Shown here in pieces: positions 10,246 through 23,868 of a stretch of 64,000 nt of DNA (its first letter is position 1; every line of letters starts with the position of its first letter). The DNA comes from Podospora anserina (taxonomy: Eukaryota): NCBI GenBank assembly GCA_017654855.1, contig CM030332.1, forward strand, positions 5,828,001-5,892,000. The letters are read 5' to 3'. The notes beneath the pieces were generated by a model. That model had not been told where the DNA came from. It ran no database searches and saw nothing but the letters and a program-made list of their open reading frames with translations. The position numbers and the translations under genes are program-made.

Positions 10246-13200
10246 GGTCAGGTTAAAGACGAGAATAGAAAGAATGATCGCAATCTTCCCCATCTCAAAT
10301 ACCGTCGACGGCATGTTCCTCGCGCGCATCACTGGCCAAATCATGGGCTGCCACCTAGGCTACATGATCGGCAAGGGCGCAAAGGACGATTTCTGGGTAG
10401 GCTTGGACCCCATCAACGACGCCAACTTCCGCAGGACCTACATGGAGCAAGACCACGGCATTGACACCATCAAGAGGGCCGAGAATACTGAGACTACCCT
10501 CGGCGTTTACGACGCGAAGATCAACAAGACCATCTGGACACTCATCAAAGAACAGGAAGAGTCATCAAAGAAGAAGAAGAAGGACGCGGCGGGCAGCTCA
10601 TCCTCAATAGCCCCGCCGGCCGACACCCCGCGGAGTGACCCTCCCGTGGCCCCGGCTGTGCCCAAGGTCACGCTCGCTAAGCGAGCCGCCTCGGAGTCCC
10701 TTGCAGGAGGTAGCCGCAAGAAACTCAAGCTCGACGTAAGTAGTAACGATGAGAAACCCGAGCCAACAAAACCCGCCCCTATTATCATCCTGCTTAGCGA
10801 CAGCGATAGCGAGAACGAGCCCCTAGCCCGGAAGTGCGTCAGAACCTTCAGAACAGTCACCCCCCGATGTCAAGACGAGCGTCGGGAGGCGAAGCGTGGA
10901 CCATGCCGGAGAGTCTCACGGCGTACGATCGAACAGTGGCGAATCGTCTGAACGCGATATACAGCGAGATCGCGAGCATCAAGAACAACGCAAGCGCGAC
11001 GACAGACAAGAAACACCAGGACTAAATCGATAACTTGATTAAGCAACCCCAGGAGCAGGTGGATAAATTGCAGACGGCACTTAACGCATACGAGCGTAAG
11101 TTCGAGAGCTTAATCAAACAAAACCAGGAACAGATTACCAAGTTACAGGCGGCGCTTGACGCCTACGGCCCCAAGTTTCACAAGGTGTAGGAGGCAATCG
11201 ATATCCACGGTACAAAGGTCGAGAACCATGAAAAGGAAATCGCCGAGCTTAAGGCCCAAGGTGTGGGGCTGGTGACCTAGGTAAGTCACTGGCTGCGAAA
11301 AGGGAGGCCAAAATGGCCAGAAAGGTAGACAAGTTGGTGATACAGTAATTGATTGTTGGTTATTCAGAGTAAAGGTCAAACAGTAAGGAAAATATAGCTT
11401 AAGAGTAAATCCGGTGTGGGTCTGGCAAACCCAGGGCCCTTTGTCTGGTGGCCCACACAAGGGGAGAAGCTGACAGATCGCGTAAAAAGATAGTCGAGGC
11501 CATTAACAGACTGCTGGAGGTGCCCTCTATTGCCGAGGAATACACCAAGGTTGTCGACAGAGAGGAAGCCACGAAAGCCAAGAAGTAAAGAAGGAATGGG
11601 TAACGAAGGTGCATGGCACGGCGTTTGGGACAGCACAGAAGCTGGTTATCGCGTTGCTTTATTCCCGTTTCATGTATGATAGCATTGCTAGCGAGGCACG
11701 GGGAGAACAGAGAAGGGGATTGGCATGGCATAAGGCACTCTGCGAGGACGCAGAGATCTCTAGGTGAGAAGATCACGTGACGGAAGGGTGGGTCATTAAG
11801 GTACTTGGCAGTGGCCTGGGCTGGAAGGAAACTTAACTGGATCATCGAAAATAAAAACGTGTTGACTTGGGCTTATTATTGCCACCACTGCCTACGCCGT
11901 AATTGCGTGACATCTATCCGCCGCTGTCAGACATGATGTGGGTATTGTTAGTTGATTGAGTGAAAGGATCTGTAGGGCTAGCGCCAATACCTAACTATTC
12001 TGCCGCCACACGACATCCCGACGTCCTCGTCGGATGCCCTCTGCTACCATACCTCTTGTACCAACTGATAGACCTCTTCTACTAACGTAAATATCTACTC
12101 GTCTTTCTATCACTACACTGAACTACTATTTCACTCTCCTTTCTTCCGTAGCCATACCTCTAAAACCTTGCTATTCTTCCTTGCCACCTCTAATCAAACT
12201 CCTTGCCATGCCCATAAAACCGTACCAAATATTGTGTATCTCCTTTCTTGGTAGCACTGCTGCTCACAATAGCCTTAAGTTCTTGATTGGCTGTATCGCT
12301 GGCAATTACCTGCCATATGGATTGTAGGCAGATCTGCTGATTCTCTCCGTGATTTCCAGTAGTAGTGTTTGGCAGTCATGGCTGCGATACACAGGGCGTC
12401 GTATGCGTCCAACCTAGTGGCATGGATATCGTCTATTACCGGCACTCTGCCAGCTACCACATCGCTGGTAGATACGGGGTTGAGCCCCTTGATGACTTCG
12501 TACGGTGATTTGCCAGTTGCTGAACTGCGGATGATATTGTGTTCGAATTGTAATCCACCCTGGGCGACTGCTCGAAGTGATTGAGCCCTTGAACTGACTG
12601 TCTGGATGGCCCTCTCGCTCTAGCCATCTGCTGATGGATGGTAGGCCGTGGTATATAATAAACTTGTGAAACCTTCCAGCCATCACAGAGTCCCATACCG
12701 ATGGCAACCGGGCCGGGCGCGACCGACTCTGCACTTGCGATTCCGCCGTGCCAATTCTATACCACACTTTTGCATATGACACCCTGTGGCGTGCTGCCAT
12801 CTGCAGCTAGCCTTCTCGGCGGTCTGGAAGAGCATGACGTCACCCCTGCCTGGACCACCTGACCGTCCCTCGGTTTTCTGCTACCACCAAATGTTTCCCC
12901 GACAACAAGGCAAAAGGCGCAGGCATCCTCGCCACCACGAATAACGAACAGCCTTTCCATCACCACTTTTTCCTCGACTTTCTTGATAAACACCGACAAC
13001 GCTTACCTATCGGTCAGACCTGCGCAGACGATTTCCTGTACGTTAGCCGAATCGAGCAGCGGGCGCCAGGCAGGCCGGCTCTGTCAACCTCAGCACGCCC
13101 TCTACGCAAGTAACCAAATGCTAATCGAGCGACCATACAGTGAACAGCAGCACCAAGCAAGCCCGTCCCGCCAATCCCAGCAGACTCTTACGCAGGCAGC

Positions 13201-13350
13201 TCGGTTTGGCGATTACCCGTCCAGGTGAGCCAGTCCCGCTAGCCTCAACAAGCTCTTGCGCAGGCGACCAGACGCTGATTGAGCGATCGTATAGTTTGCT
13301 ACGCAAAGTCCAGCCGGAATGCCACGCATACCCATCCTCTTTCACCCAAC

Positions 13351-16300
13351 ATGGATGATCGATCGGGAGGCGAAGGTACAAAGCGACCGGCGCCGAGCCT
13401 CTGCCTGATTGATACCGACACGACTATCACGAAGCGCAGGCGGATGACGCTCGAATACCTACACCAGCGCCCTTTAACGGGCGGAAAATGCGTTAATCTG
13501 CGAGACGTCCAAGTGCTACTGCGGCAGGACGGCAGCCGGCAGACGCTGTACACCGACATCGTGGCCCATTGGGCTACGGATTACGCCACGGCGACCACGG
13601 ACGGCCGGCTCCAGCCAGAGCACATCGATTGCGATAAGATGTTCCGCGATCTCAAGCTCTATGCCGGTATCCAGGAACACAGTGACGCCGAGGTCAAGAG
13701 TCAAGTCCTGGCAGCGTATGTGGAGTCGGCAGCCGGCAGCAGTGACCACGAAGACTACGTCCGCGATGACGAGAGCCAGGACAGCAGTATCGCCTCAGGT
13801 CGGTACGACATCCGAACGGCCGGGGACCTGCGGGTCTTGTTTCTCCACCTCAGCAAGTGCGCAGCTGCCCGATAGGACGGGAGCCCAGACTTACCCTTGC
13901 TGGAACTCGTCGTACGGAATGTTGAAGCAGCGACCACCGAGACAGGCCCCGCAGCTAACGTCGCCGAGGTCGATAAGGTCGCAGCACCCACCGCAGATAG
14001 AGATAAAGAAGAGCCGCCTAGTCCACAGTACGAGCCCGACCAACCACCCACGCCTCAAGATATAACCCCCATCTACGCCACAGCTATCAACGAGGACGGT
14101 AACGACGTCGCAGAAGATGTCGACAATATATACGGCAATATCAGCGAGAGTGTCAGCGAGGCGGCCAAGACGGGCTGTGAGTTTAGCGACAATACTCGGA
14201 CGATAACTCGGTGGTGTTTATATCCGAGCGGTCCCTTGCGTTGACGGATAATGACCAAGCATCGCCGGGATTATACGACAGTGAGGCGGACAGTGAATAC
14301 GGAACCGCCGCCTCCGTAGCGAATTCTCTGCAGAGTCTCAGCGCGGCTCTCTGCACTATAGATGACACAGAGCGCTGGGAAGCCACGTGCAGGCTCTTCT
14401 GCCACAACCAGGCACACACCGCACACGACCAGGGCGCCAAGCTGCTAGGGACGAAACGCCGCCTCCGCCCTTACCAGATGGAGGCGGCCTACGAGCTACT
14501 ACAGCGGAGCTTTGGCGGGCAGTTCGACGGCGGCATCATGGCGCTCGGCACCGGGCTGGGAAAGACTGTCGCCAGCCTGGCCGCAATCGCCATCATGAGG
14601 CTAGTGGAGCTTAACAATTCCGAGGTCAAACAGGACTGGGACATCGGAGTCACCGCCAACCGTCGGCACAACGGCCCGGGGATGATGGGACCTTGCCCAT
14701 CAGGCAACCCGTGGAGCATTGAGTGCTGCTGCGTAGCCGGCTCGCTCAGTTCCAAAATCGCCCTCCAGCTGGGACCCGGCCCGTCGCTCATCCTCACCCC
14801 GGCCGGCATCACCAGCCAGTTCGCCGGGGAGGCTACCAACTACCTAGAGAAGCAGGTCCAGCGGCCGGAATCGGACACTTGCATCCCATTTGTGGACACG
14901 ATTGACGTGAGCGCTAACTCTACCCTCGCACGCGACATCCGAGATGACATCCTGACGGGCTTTATCGGGGACCAACCAATCTACATGGCACCAAAGAAGG
15001 GGGACCTGCAGGCAGTGCCTGCATTTGTGCAGGGCTCGGGGTCCCAGATGGGATACACGGCGGGCCAGGTGCAACAGCTCTTCTGCAAGCACCGGCTCCT
15101 GGTCGTCAGCAGCAGCCCTCTCTCGCTCTTGGCAAAAGGGGAGGACTACCGCTCAGGCTTTGCCCAGGCCTACGACTTGCAGCAGCAGCAGAGAAGGGCG
15201 GCTAAGCGGTACATTGCTCGGTGGGCAGTGGCGCCGAGGTTTGTTATCCTGGACGAGTTTCACACCGTCAAGGACAAGGCGACCGTCGTGTACAAAACAC
15301 TGCAGCAGATCCGGAGCCAGGCCGCTCCCGGCCATAGCTTCAAGCTCGCGGCGTTAAGCGCGACGCCGATCTCCGTGTCGCTGCAGCGGAGCCTGAGCTC
15401 GGTACTGTCGCTCATCTTGCCCGGCGGCGTGGACGCGTTCTGCGGGGCCGCACAGATTATCGACTCTGCAACAAAGGCCGGCAAGCCCAAGGACGTGGAC
15501 AAGTACAATGACGCCATCACCACATGCTGCAAGCTGCTCGGGAGCATCATGACGCTCCGTACAACGAGGAGCCTCTTCCATGGCAACGTGCTGGTACCGC
15601 TCCCCAAGCTCCATTCCAGACAGATCCCCTGCAGATCTGAGAGGGCGCAGAGGGACGACTTCCGGCGTAGGTTGGGCGAGCTGACGGCGGCATGGAGCCA
15701 GGAGATCCGCGCCAGTCTCCGGAACCAAGCGCCCGAGAGCGACGACGCGCTGCAGGACCGCTTCTTCAACTTCGTCCGTTACAACCCGTCATTCATGCTA
15801 ACACTCTGGCTTGCATCATTCCCAGGCATTGTTGACCTGCCCGACGAGCTTTCGTCCAACCCGGGCGAATGGCTGAATAGCGACAAGCTCGGCAATACCG
15901 TCGCTACAAGTGAGGGACGCGCCGACCATACCGTCGGCCGGTATATCGACATCATCACGGGCGGGAGCGGGAAGATAGAGCAGCTCAGTCAGTGCCTGGG
16001 TCGGGCCCGCAAGGACCTCCACCGCAGTTGCGCAGGGGACGACGGCCAACCGGCCCCGGTGCTCAAGAAGCACGCCTGCGTCTTCGCCTCGCGGCCGGGC
16101 ATCGCACTCATCGTCGCTGCATACGCAGACAAGCACTGGGCCTCGGAGTGGGAGGTCGTCATGGTTCTCTCGGCGGCCACCCCGGAGGGGAAGAAGGCGA
16201 TCGGCGGAGCCTTCCATGACATCCCGATCGGCAGCGTAGAGAAGCCCACGCTCTTTATCGCCACCGTCGGTACGTGCGGTACCGGTCTCGACAGCCTCCA

Positions 16301-16541
16301 GAAGGCGAACCACGCTGTCCTCTTTGACCTGCCCTTTGTCGAGTCCGAGAGAAAACAGGCCAGAGGTCGCATCTGGAGGTCTGGACAGCGGTTTCCCTGC
16401 TACTGGACCGAACTCTGGGCGGCCGATAGCGACGCTGAGGTCCTGATTAACGACCGCCACGAGAGACGCATGGAGGCATTCAACCGGGTCCTGAGTTGCC
16501 ACAGCGGCGACAGCAGTCGGGCAGAAGGGAATGAGCAGTGA
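13351..16541 (+). CDS. SNF2-family helicase/ATPase (about 1035 aa model with one intron; one in-frame TAG at 13873-13875)
   Basis: Motifs LGTGLGKT, ILDEFH, LSATP, GTGLDSLQKAN, QARGRIWRSGQ in ORF 14211-16541. Upstream frames 13351-13872 and 13876-14176 are collinear and join through a GTGAGT...TTGAC...AAG intron at 14177-14259. Confidence 0.8.
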
Positions 16542-16899
16542 CGGGTCCGAGAGGGTGCGTTGGAGGAACGTTTAGGGCTTGTAGGAACTGTTATAAGAGG
16601 GATGGCGAAAACTGTCTGGTCGTTTATATAAGGTGGTAGGTTGAGATTGACGAGGAGTGTTTATCGGTATTCGATAGTGAGGAGAACTTTATTGTATAGA
16701 TGCTGTTTGGAGAATACCTTTGTCGGATTTTTGTTAGTTCCCTCTGTACTCGGCTTACGGTAGCCTAGTGGCTATCCCACTTGGTGGTAACTAATCGTTA
16801 TTCTCGTTCTTATGCCAGGGTCGTGATATATATTACTATCAGGCAGTTTAGAGAATCACATTTGTAATATCGATAGAGAACCAAGTAATATATGGAACG

Positions 16900-17330
16900 T
16901 AAGATGATATATGAAAACGAGAGTAACGTGTAGAAACGGAAGAACGTTAGGGTCGGTATCCCGGTATGATACAATATCGTGTGTTTGAGTAAAGAGCTTG
17001 AGGGCGTTGGCCAGATCTTCTGGGACTGGAGAATCAAGGTCGCTATCCTGCATCGGCTGGTCTTGCGGCTCTTTATCAGTAGCACGGCTTTGCTTTATGG
17101 CTTTCGAGATTGGGTTGGCTTCACTGCCATAGCCGAGTACCGCACAGCAGTTTGCGATTACCATGTGATATCCGGCCTCGAGCTATTTGCGACTGGAACG
17201 AGTGATTTGGCTATCCAAAGACTGGAGGAAGTCGTCCATGGTTGGGTGTAGCTTGTGCTTTTGTGTCCCGCTGAACATGATGGCATGAACCTTGACGAAT
17301 GCGAACTCGGTAACCGAGAGTCTGGATTGC
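16900..17330 (-). pseudogene. Fragment of a fungal Est1/SMG6-like protein
   Basis: Minus frame reads AFVKVHAIMFSG...FLQSLDSQITRSSRK*LEAGYHMVIANCCAVLGYG...DPNVLPFLHVTLVF, resembling remembered fungal Est1-like proteins. The stop fits TGG>TAG. Confidence 0.5.
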
Positions 17331-18178
17331 TGCTGATTGGGCGTTGGAGCCAGGATTGGGTCGAACAGAGTTATAATACTTTCGCGAGCAGAGCCGAAGG
17401 GATCGCAACACCTCGAACGCTAGAATAGTCTCATAAAAAAGAGCTATTATTAAATAGCTATACGAGGTAAATAAATATAAGCATATGCTCCAGGCTTAAC
17501 TCAGAAACTGTTCCTGGCGTAGATACCGCACTGTATGACCTGGATTCAGAATACCTGCTCCCGTGTCTTATTTCCATTCTCATTCTATGTTCGAAGGGGG
17601 GAAGGGGCACGATGGAAGAGATACCCTGGTATCGGTCGAGGTTCTAGATAAGCAAGCAGCTAAAGGAACACCTGCAATCTTCTGGATAAGGCGGGGTAGC
17701 CTCTTGAATGCCGACCTAACCATAAAAGAGTTTAATATACCTTGCCGCAACAACAGCGCCGTTCAGAAGTTGTGGTGGCTTGCATTATGACTTTTGACTT
17801 GGGGACTGCTATCAACTAACGGGCTGACCTATCTGCATAGTGCGGGGTTGCAGCACCGCTAAGTTCATATCGCCTTAGCGTATGTAAGGCGTCGGGGCGA
17901 TAGTTAGCCGCTGGCATGCATACCTGGTACGACTTCGGCGGAACGCCACTTGGACACTAAGCCTCTTGGTAAATGTAGTTCGAAAACAGCTGGGAAGGAT
18001 CAGAGCTAGCGAATGTTGGGCAACGCACACACATCACCTGGGAACGAGCTTGTAAGTATCATCTGGTCCCCCTTTCCCCCCGCTATATAACCCCAGCCAT
18101 CAGAACACCCGACTGCTGTCAGGACACGGCCATAGACAACAGTCACTCGCTTGTTATAACCTTTACCTCGCAATAATC

Positions 18179-19440
18179 ATGGAACACCGACGGGGCACAT
18201 CCATATCGTACTTCGATCGCGAAAATTCGCACGCAGTAGGATCTTTCCGGTCTCCACCTATTGATACTGCACCTATCCAGTGTGTCTGTTGCACCAAGTC
18301 CGGAAGATACTGTACTGGTATCACTCAGGAGAAGCTTCAATGTGGGTGTCTGGTTACCCTTAACGTTCTCGAAACCATCCTGATAATAAGGTATATTTAG
18401 GTATTAAGTGTGAAGAGGAAGATCGCCGTTGCTTTTTGCCGCTACCATCACACTTCCACAGCGCTTTCTCGGGCGCCGACAGAGATACGGACGATTCGCT
18501 CTGGACATATCATTACCTGTTCTTCTCCAGGCTTACGCCCCCTGGCCCCACCCAGAAAGAGCTCCTCGATGCAGTCTACCGTGCTTGCCAAGCTTGTCTT
18601 GCCACGCTCTACGCTATACTGTCTCTATGTCCACACTCTGAAAGCCAGGATCTGGCTGAGAGAAGCGCTTTGTATCATGCTCAAGCACAGAACGGCGCTG
18701 AAGAGAGCATTTGGATCCCGTTTTCTGGCTTTGTTCGGTCTTTGATGGAAGGGAGCGTTTCAGTACAGCATATGTCCACCCTCTGGGATAAGCTGCGAGA
18801 AGCGGAATATATCCCGCCATACATCTTCGAGTTCGCATTGCGCAATGTGCGTATATACAACTTTGCCATCGATGTTATTCCAATGGATGTGGATTATTCG
18901 AGTTTCCGCAGCTCACCACCGACACCTGTTCTTGACAGCGAATGTATGCAATTCCTCCCATGGATCTGCGAACTCCGGAAGGGACCGCTGGATAGCGGAG
19001 GTTACTATGTCTGGAAAGACATGACTGCTTCAAAGGTCAAGCGTCACATGGGCCCTGAACTTGAGCTATACCTTGGGGCACTCGATATACATATCGCTCA
19101 GCTATGTTCGCAGCTGTATCAGCATCAGCTGAAACCTTTGTTCAACCTGCTAGACAACTTTGCCTCTGGACCCTACAACAACTTTTTTCTTCTACTTTTC
19201 CCGTGCTTCCTGGTTGGGTTGGCATGTCGCGAGAAGCCTCACCAAGAACGACTGAGGAAGCACATCTTGCAGATAAAGCAGCACACGCAATTCAGTAACG
19301 CTATGGCGGTATTGGAGTTTTTAGAGTACATTTGGCATCTGGACATTGCAGAACGCTGGGCTCTTTATTCAAGTATATATGCGGTGTTCACGCTACCAGG
19401 GTTGTTCGATAAATCTACCCTACCTCAAAGAGAATATTAA
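18179..19440 (+). CDS. Fungal transcription-factor-like protein (partial Cys cluster plus Fungal_trans_2-like C-terminus)
   Basis: Exon 1 carries CVCCTKSGRYCTG, followed by an intron (about 18342-18400). C-terminal LLFPCFLVGLAC...FSNAMAVLEFLEYIW. TATA-like TATATAA near 18084. Clear paralog at 31799-32989. Confidence 0.7.
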
Positions 19441-21974
19441 CCATCGCGCTTAAGTGAACGTGGCCGACCTGTATATATATGATAGTCTCTACCACCATTG
19501 TTGTTGAGGTGTGACGAGCTGTTTCTCTAGTTTGTGAAATCGTGCCGCAGAAGCCTGTTCTGGTGAATGACCTTCTGTTTCACATAATTGGCAGTTGACG
19601 CTGAAGTCGTTCACACAATCGGCAGCTGAAGTCGAACTGCGCACTCGTCATCACTTATTACTGTCAGCTGGTAAATCAGGATATTACTTGAAGAACTTGA
19701 TGAGGTCTATACACAATTTCGCCGCCTTGTCCGGCATGGTAGCGTCCTCCTTGCCTCTGGATCGACCCAATGCCCAAAATGGACTGGCAAAACTTGCGCC
19801 AGCAGTGGATCAACCGCGCTCAAGCGGTAGTGGCAGCAGCATCAGGGAGCTCCAGTTTAGAACCTGCTATGTTGGCGCATGTATATAACGAGATCGTACG
19901 TCAAAGCTCCCAACCCCTTAACCACATCTCGCACCTCCTCCTCGTCTAGCTATTAAGCGAAAGGTTGCCTATGAAATCTCTTCCCCCTGTTGTGAAACCA
20001 TATTTCGAAGATTCATGGGAACTTGTTTGTGAGAAGCAAAGTGTGGGTGGGGGGGTGGGCGTTGTTGTGGTTGCTGTGAGATGATCGAGACACGAAGCGT
20101 CGTTCAACATGCGGGAATTCGCAGCTTGTCAACCAATCAGTGCCCAGAGTGCACCTGCAACAGGGCGACCACAACCGCCTGGCCAGTCCCCGCGGTAAAT
20201 GCGGCCCTGGTCACTGCCGAGCTGAGGGATTTGTGGTGAGCGACCTTGCTGGGAGAGCAGTGTAAGCAGAAACCGGCGCTTTGTGTGGAATGAAAGGTGT
20301 CCCATCGAAATGCAACTCTGACTGCCTCCGGAGCTTACCTCCGGAACTTGCATATGGAACCTAAGCCTGGAGCATTGTGCCCTGTTTCTTCTGCATTAGC
20401 TACCTACCTGGTTGGTAGCAAGGGCCGGATGTGTCTGTACCAACAGGGTTGATCAGCGTGCAACCGCTTCCTCGGCAAAGTGTCGAACCTTGGCCGCCAG
20501 TGTAGGCCAACCATGCAGAATATCGGTGAGCTGAAGCGGCAAACCTGAGCTACTTAAGGTAAAAGAATCCACGGCTCGGCTTCCATTGCAGTAGCTATAA
20601 TGTTGCAGCAAGACTCCAAGAAACATCTTCTCCAAGCAATCTCCGCATCCAACAGTGCATTGAGGGCTACATGCAACCTATCGAGGAGCCAGACGTCTAG
20701 CCCTACACGGCATCCCTCGGCCAAAGTCCTACGTTCCGTACCCTGGACCGGCCCTCGTATCGTGCACCTTATGAGAGTCGGACCGAGGCGTTTGCCACAG
20801 ACGGGTGTGGAACAAAAGTAACCTTGAACTTGGGCGTACAACCAAGCGAAGAAGCTTATGAACTGTCCAAGCCGTGTTCCAAAAAAAAATCCAGTAAATC
20901 ATTCAACCCCTCCTTTGTGTCTCCCCACAAAGAGGTTTCCACGTTTCACGTAGCCTGAGCGGTGCGAGAGTGGCTTCCTAGATAGTGCCGTGCTCCACTC
21001 TCGCATCAGCCGCATGTTGACCCCTGCAAATTGGCGTGATTCGAAAGTTGGTATGGTTGGCTAGCGCCTGGTCCACTTCCTTTCCAAGAGGCTTGCTGTT
21101 CGAGCCAGAATCTTGCGCGGGTGCGGTCCGAGGTTGGGCATCAAAATGAAAACCCCAACAGGGTTGCATGCCACTCACTTCCCCTTTTGCTGAAAAAGCC
21201 CCGGGCCCCCTTATTGACCCCTGCAAAAGTTAGGAAGCGCCAGACATTCGGCTAGATTGCGCCTAGGTAACAGTAGAATAAACCCACCTGTCCAGACGCC
21301 TTCATATTCGTGTAGAACTCAAGGCTTCCTTTTTCCATGTTGCTTTGCACTGGGGAGAAAGAAACACGGGAGCTGCGGGTTTTGAAGCTGGGAAATACTA
21401 TGACAGGTTCATCAGCACTCGGTTGGTTGTGTTTTCTTGGGGGGTACGATTCGAGTGATGGGTGCATAGACTTGTGCAGTATTTTGCACACCCTTATTGG
21501 TCGAAGTTCAGCCACAGCTAGGTTCTTGCTATAGTTAATGCGAAAGTGGGGCAAAGACAACGGAAGGTACTTACTGCGCGGGTCGTAATTGGAATTGCAA
21601 CGGTGGATTTGTCGTGTGATGAGGGAATAGGTAGAGAGGTGGCGTCTGAAGAGTCGACCTCGAAATTCAGTTTCCCGGCCCCACCAAGGAAAACATTGTG
21701 GAGATGTATTCGAGCTGGTATGGGAAGCAAGTGGAGAGTGCCCCACAGCTGATGGCAATGGCAGATGAATTTTCGTCTCCCCCGCCATTAAGCGCCATGA
21801 CGGTCAGTGAGGTTGAGGGTCTCATGTTGCCACACTTGATGAGTCCCCAAGGAGCGACCGAGGCGGCACGGCGCAGGTTTCAACAACCGACCACCTCGGG
21901 CGTAGGTTCTGGCACGGTCGTTTAGGAGACCCAGGTCTTGATCTCCTTCTTCTATCCAAACGCCTCTTTCACTT

Positions 21975-22190
21975 CCCTACCTCGAAGCTGTCGTCAGAGA
22001 AGCCCTCCGTTTCCACCCCGCTGTTGCCATGCCTCTCGAACGCTATGTTCCTGCGGAAGGCTTCACTCTCCCCAACGGCAACTTTGTTCCTGGCGGTGCA
22101 TCAGTTGCGGAAGAGTTTAAACCAGAGAGATGGCTACAGGATGTCAAGGGGGGGGAGACCGACGTCGAGCGAATGGATCGGCTGACGTCG
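21975..22190 (+). pseudogene. Cytochrome P450 internal fragment
   Basis: LPYLEAVVREALRFHPAVAMPLERYVPAEGFTLPNGNFVPGG...EEFKPERWLQDVKGGETD. Paralogous to 26690-26930 with an internal deletion. Confidence 0.8.
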
Positions 22191-22881
22191 AGACGAAATT
22201 GCGAGGCTGCGGATGGGGTGCCTGCGGTGGGCCAATCAGAGAGCTGCGTTATGAGGGACACAAGCCGCCTCAAAGCGGGGGGCCGCCCTGCAGCCAACAA
22301 GCGGCTGGTGAACATGGGGGTGTTAAACTAGCCGAGTGCCTCACTCCCCGGGAACCCCTGGCTCGTGTCTTGTGCCTTTTGGCACCCCCCGCTGATTGCT
22401 CGAGGATGGATTACTTATTGCCTAGGCCAAAATGCAAAAGCTATTTCTGGTTTCCGCAAAGGCAGATCATTGCTGGCAATACAATATATCGATCGAATGG
22501 CAGCGTCATTCCCACGGGTGAATTGGGTACTATGTCGGAGTCTCTTCCCAGATGAGGGTTAGGGTATGGCTCCTGAAATTAACATGACATTTCCCAGGAT
22601 GATGTTGGATTGGAAGGAAGGGGGGATTATGCGATAGGTGGTGAGGGATAGAGGATAGATACACACATAAACACATCAACACACACATAACAACTAAAAC
22701 TGTACCAGTAATTTGTAATATAGCCTCCTAATGCTTGTGTTTTCTTTTTCTATGGGGGGTGAAAGAAGGGGAAGTAGCGTAAGAGGAAAGATATTTAACA
22801 GCTGTATATAATGCTCAAAGACTGCCTTCCTGTAAGGTCTGATCCCTGGGGGATATGTTGCGGCGCTGGCGGTGGGTGCTG

Positions 22882-23595
22882 TTATGATGGTGGTGGTGAT
22901 GGTGGTGGTGATAGTAGTTGTGATAGTGGTTGTGATGGTGATTGTAGTTGTGGTCGTTGTGTAGGTGCTGGATCATCCGCGGTGTACGGAGATTCGATAT
23001 AGGGCCCTATTTGCCCCTGGTACCACGCCTCCACTATCTCCTCTGGTATTCTCTCCCATGTTTGATCTCGGTACCCGACCCATTCAACCAGTGCGCATGC
23101 TACTCCCTCAGCAACGCTGAAGTGATGCAGGGCGAAGATTTCGTATTCTTCAGATGCAGTCGCGCTATCTCTTGTCGCGCTATCTCTTCCTCCTTTATCA
23201 TCCCAAAACTCCAATAACAGTGAACGAGCAAAGTGGTGCACCCTCCATTCTAGTTCCCAGACTCGCTGTTGAGTGATTCCTCCCTGCCCAGTTAAAAGTA
23301 CCAGAATTGATACTTGTGGAGAATTTTCACTCCTCCAGTCCAATAGATGAGTGATCCTGGGAGTCCCAAGCTCACGGGAGGAAGTATTTGTCGATTTTGG
23401 TGTGGCGAAATCTAAAAAGGAGGAATGAGACGCCGGGGAAAGACTCTCAGCTGGTGGTTTTGTGTGCAGAGACTCTTCGCGGGCGCCCTTAGAGATGACG
23501 TGAGGCCCGTTTGCCCATGGGTCTGAACGTGAATCTGATACGGGAGGCTCAGCGTGGGAGCCTTCCGACTGATTATACTGAAGTTCCGGTCCCAT
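22882..23595 (-). CDS. Putative tandem chromodomain protein
   Basis: EEYEIFALHHF...ALVEWVGYRDQTWE (Y/W/Y aromatic cage positions), preceded by a second chromo-like unit RITHLLDWR...VWELEWRV...LLEFWDDKGGRD. Pro-rich tail. Confidence 0.6.
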   Translation of the reverse strand: MGPELQYNQSEGSHAEPPVSDSRSDPWANGPHVISKGAREESLHTKPPAESLSPASHSSFLDFATPKSTNTSSRELGTPRITHLLDWRSENSPQVSILVLLTGQGGITQQRVWELEWRVHHFARSLLLEFWDDKGGRDSATRDSATASEEYEIFALHHFSVAEGVACALVEWVGYRDQTWERIPEEIVEAWYQGQIGPYIESPYTADDPAPTQRPQLQSPSQPLSQLLSPPPSPPPS

Positions 23596-23741
23596 AGTTA
23601 AGCTTCTCTTCTGAAGGAAAGGAAAGGAAGGAAGGAAGTAGAGAGTAAGAGTAAGAAAGAGAGCGGAATATGCATCCAAATCTCACTCGCCATTTAAAGG
23701 TCGATTAGTGATTGCAATTGGATAGAGGAGGCTGGGAACAT

Positions 23742-23868
23742 TTGAAAATAAGAGACTTTGTCCCTCCCGCCGAGAGCCCTTTTAAGATTTGATGGTAGAG
23801 CTTTTGAGATAAATAGGGGGGTTTTTACAGTGGAGCTCCTGAACAGGGATTTCTTAGTTAAGCTTTTA
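23742..23868. repeat. About 125-bp segment repeated in inverted orientation at about 61354-61479
   Basis: Both copies translate to SSTVKTPLFISKAL. Differences are mostly transitions. Confidence 0.85.

Noticed and set aside
10274-11280. Lys-rich and coiled-coil ORF pieces
   Set aside because: Probably a decayed gene, but no motif supports a product call.
22860-22960. GGT/GAT-rich repeat and the CA run at 37031 as telomeric or functional arrays
   Set aside because: Simple low-complexity sequence; no TTAGGG tract.
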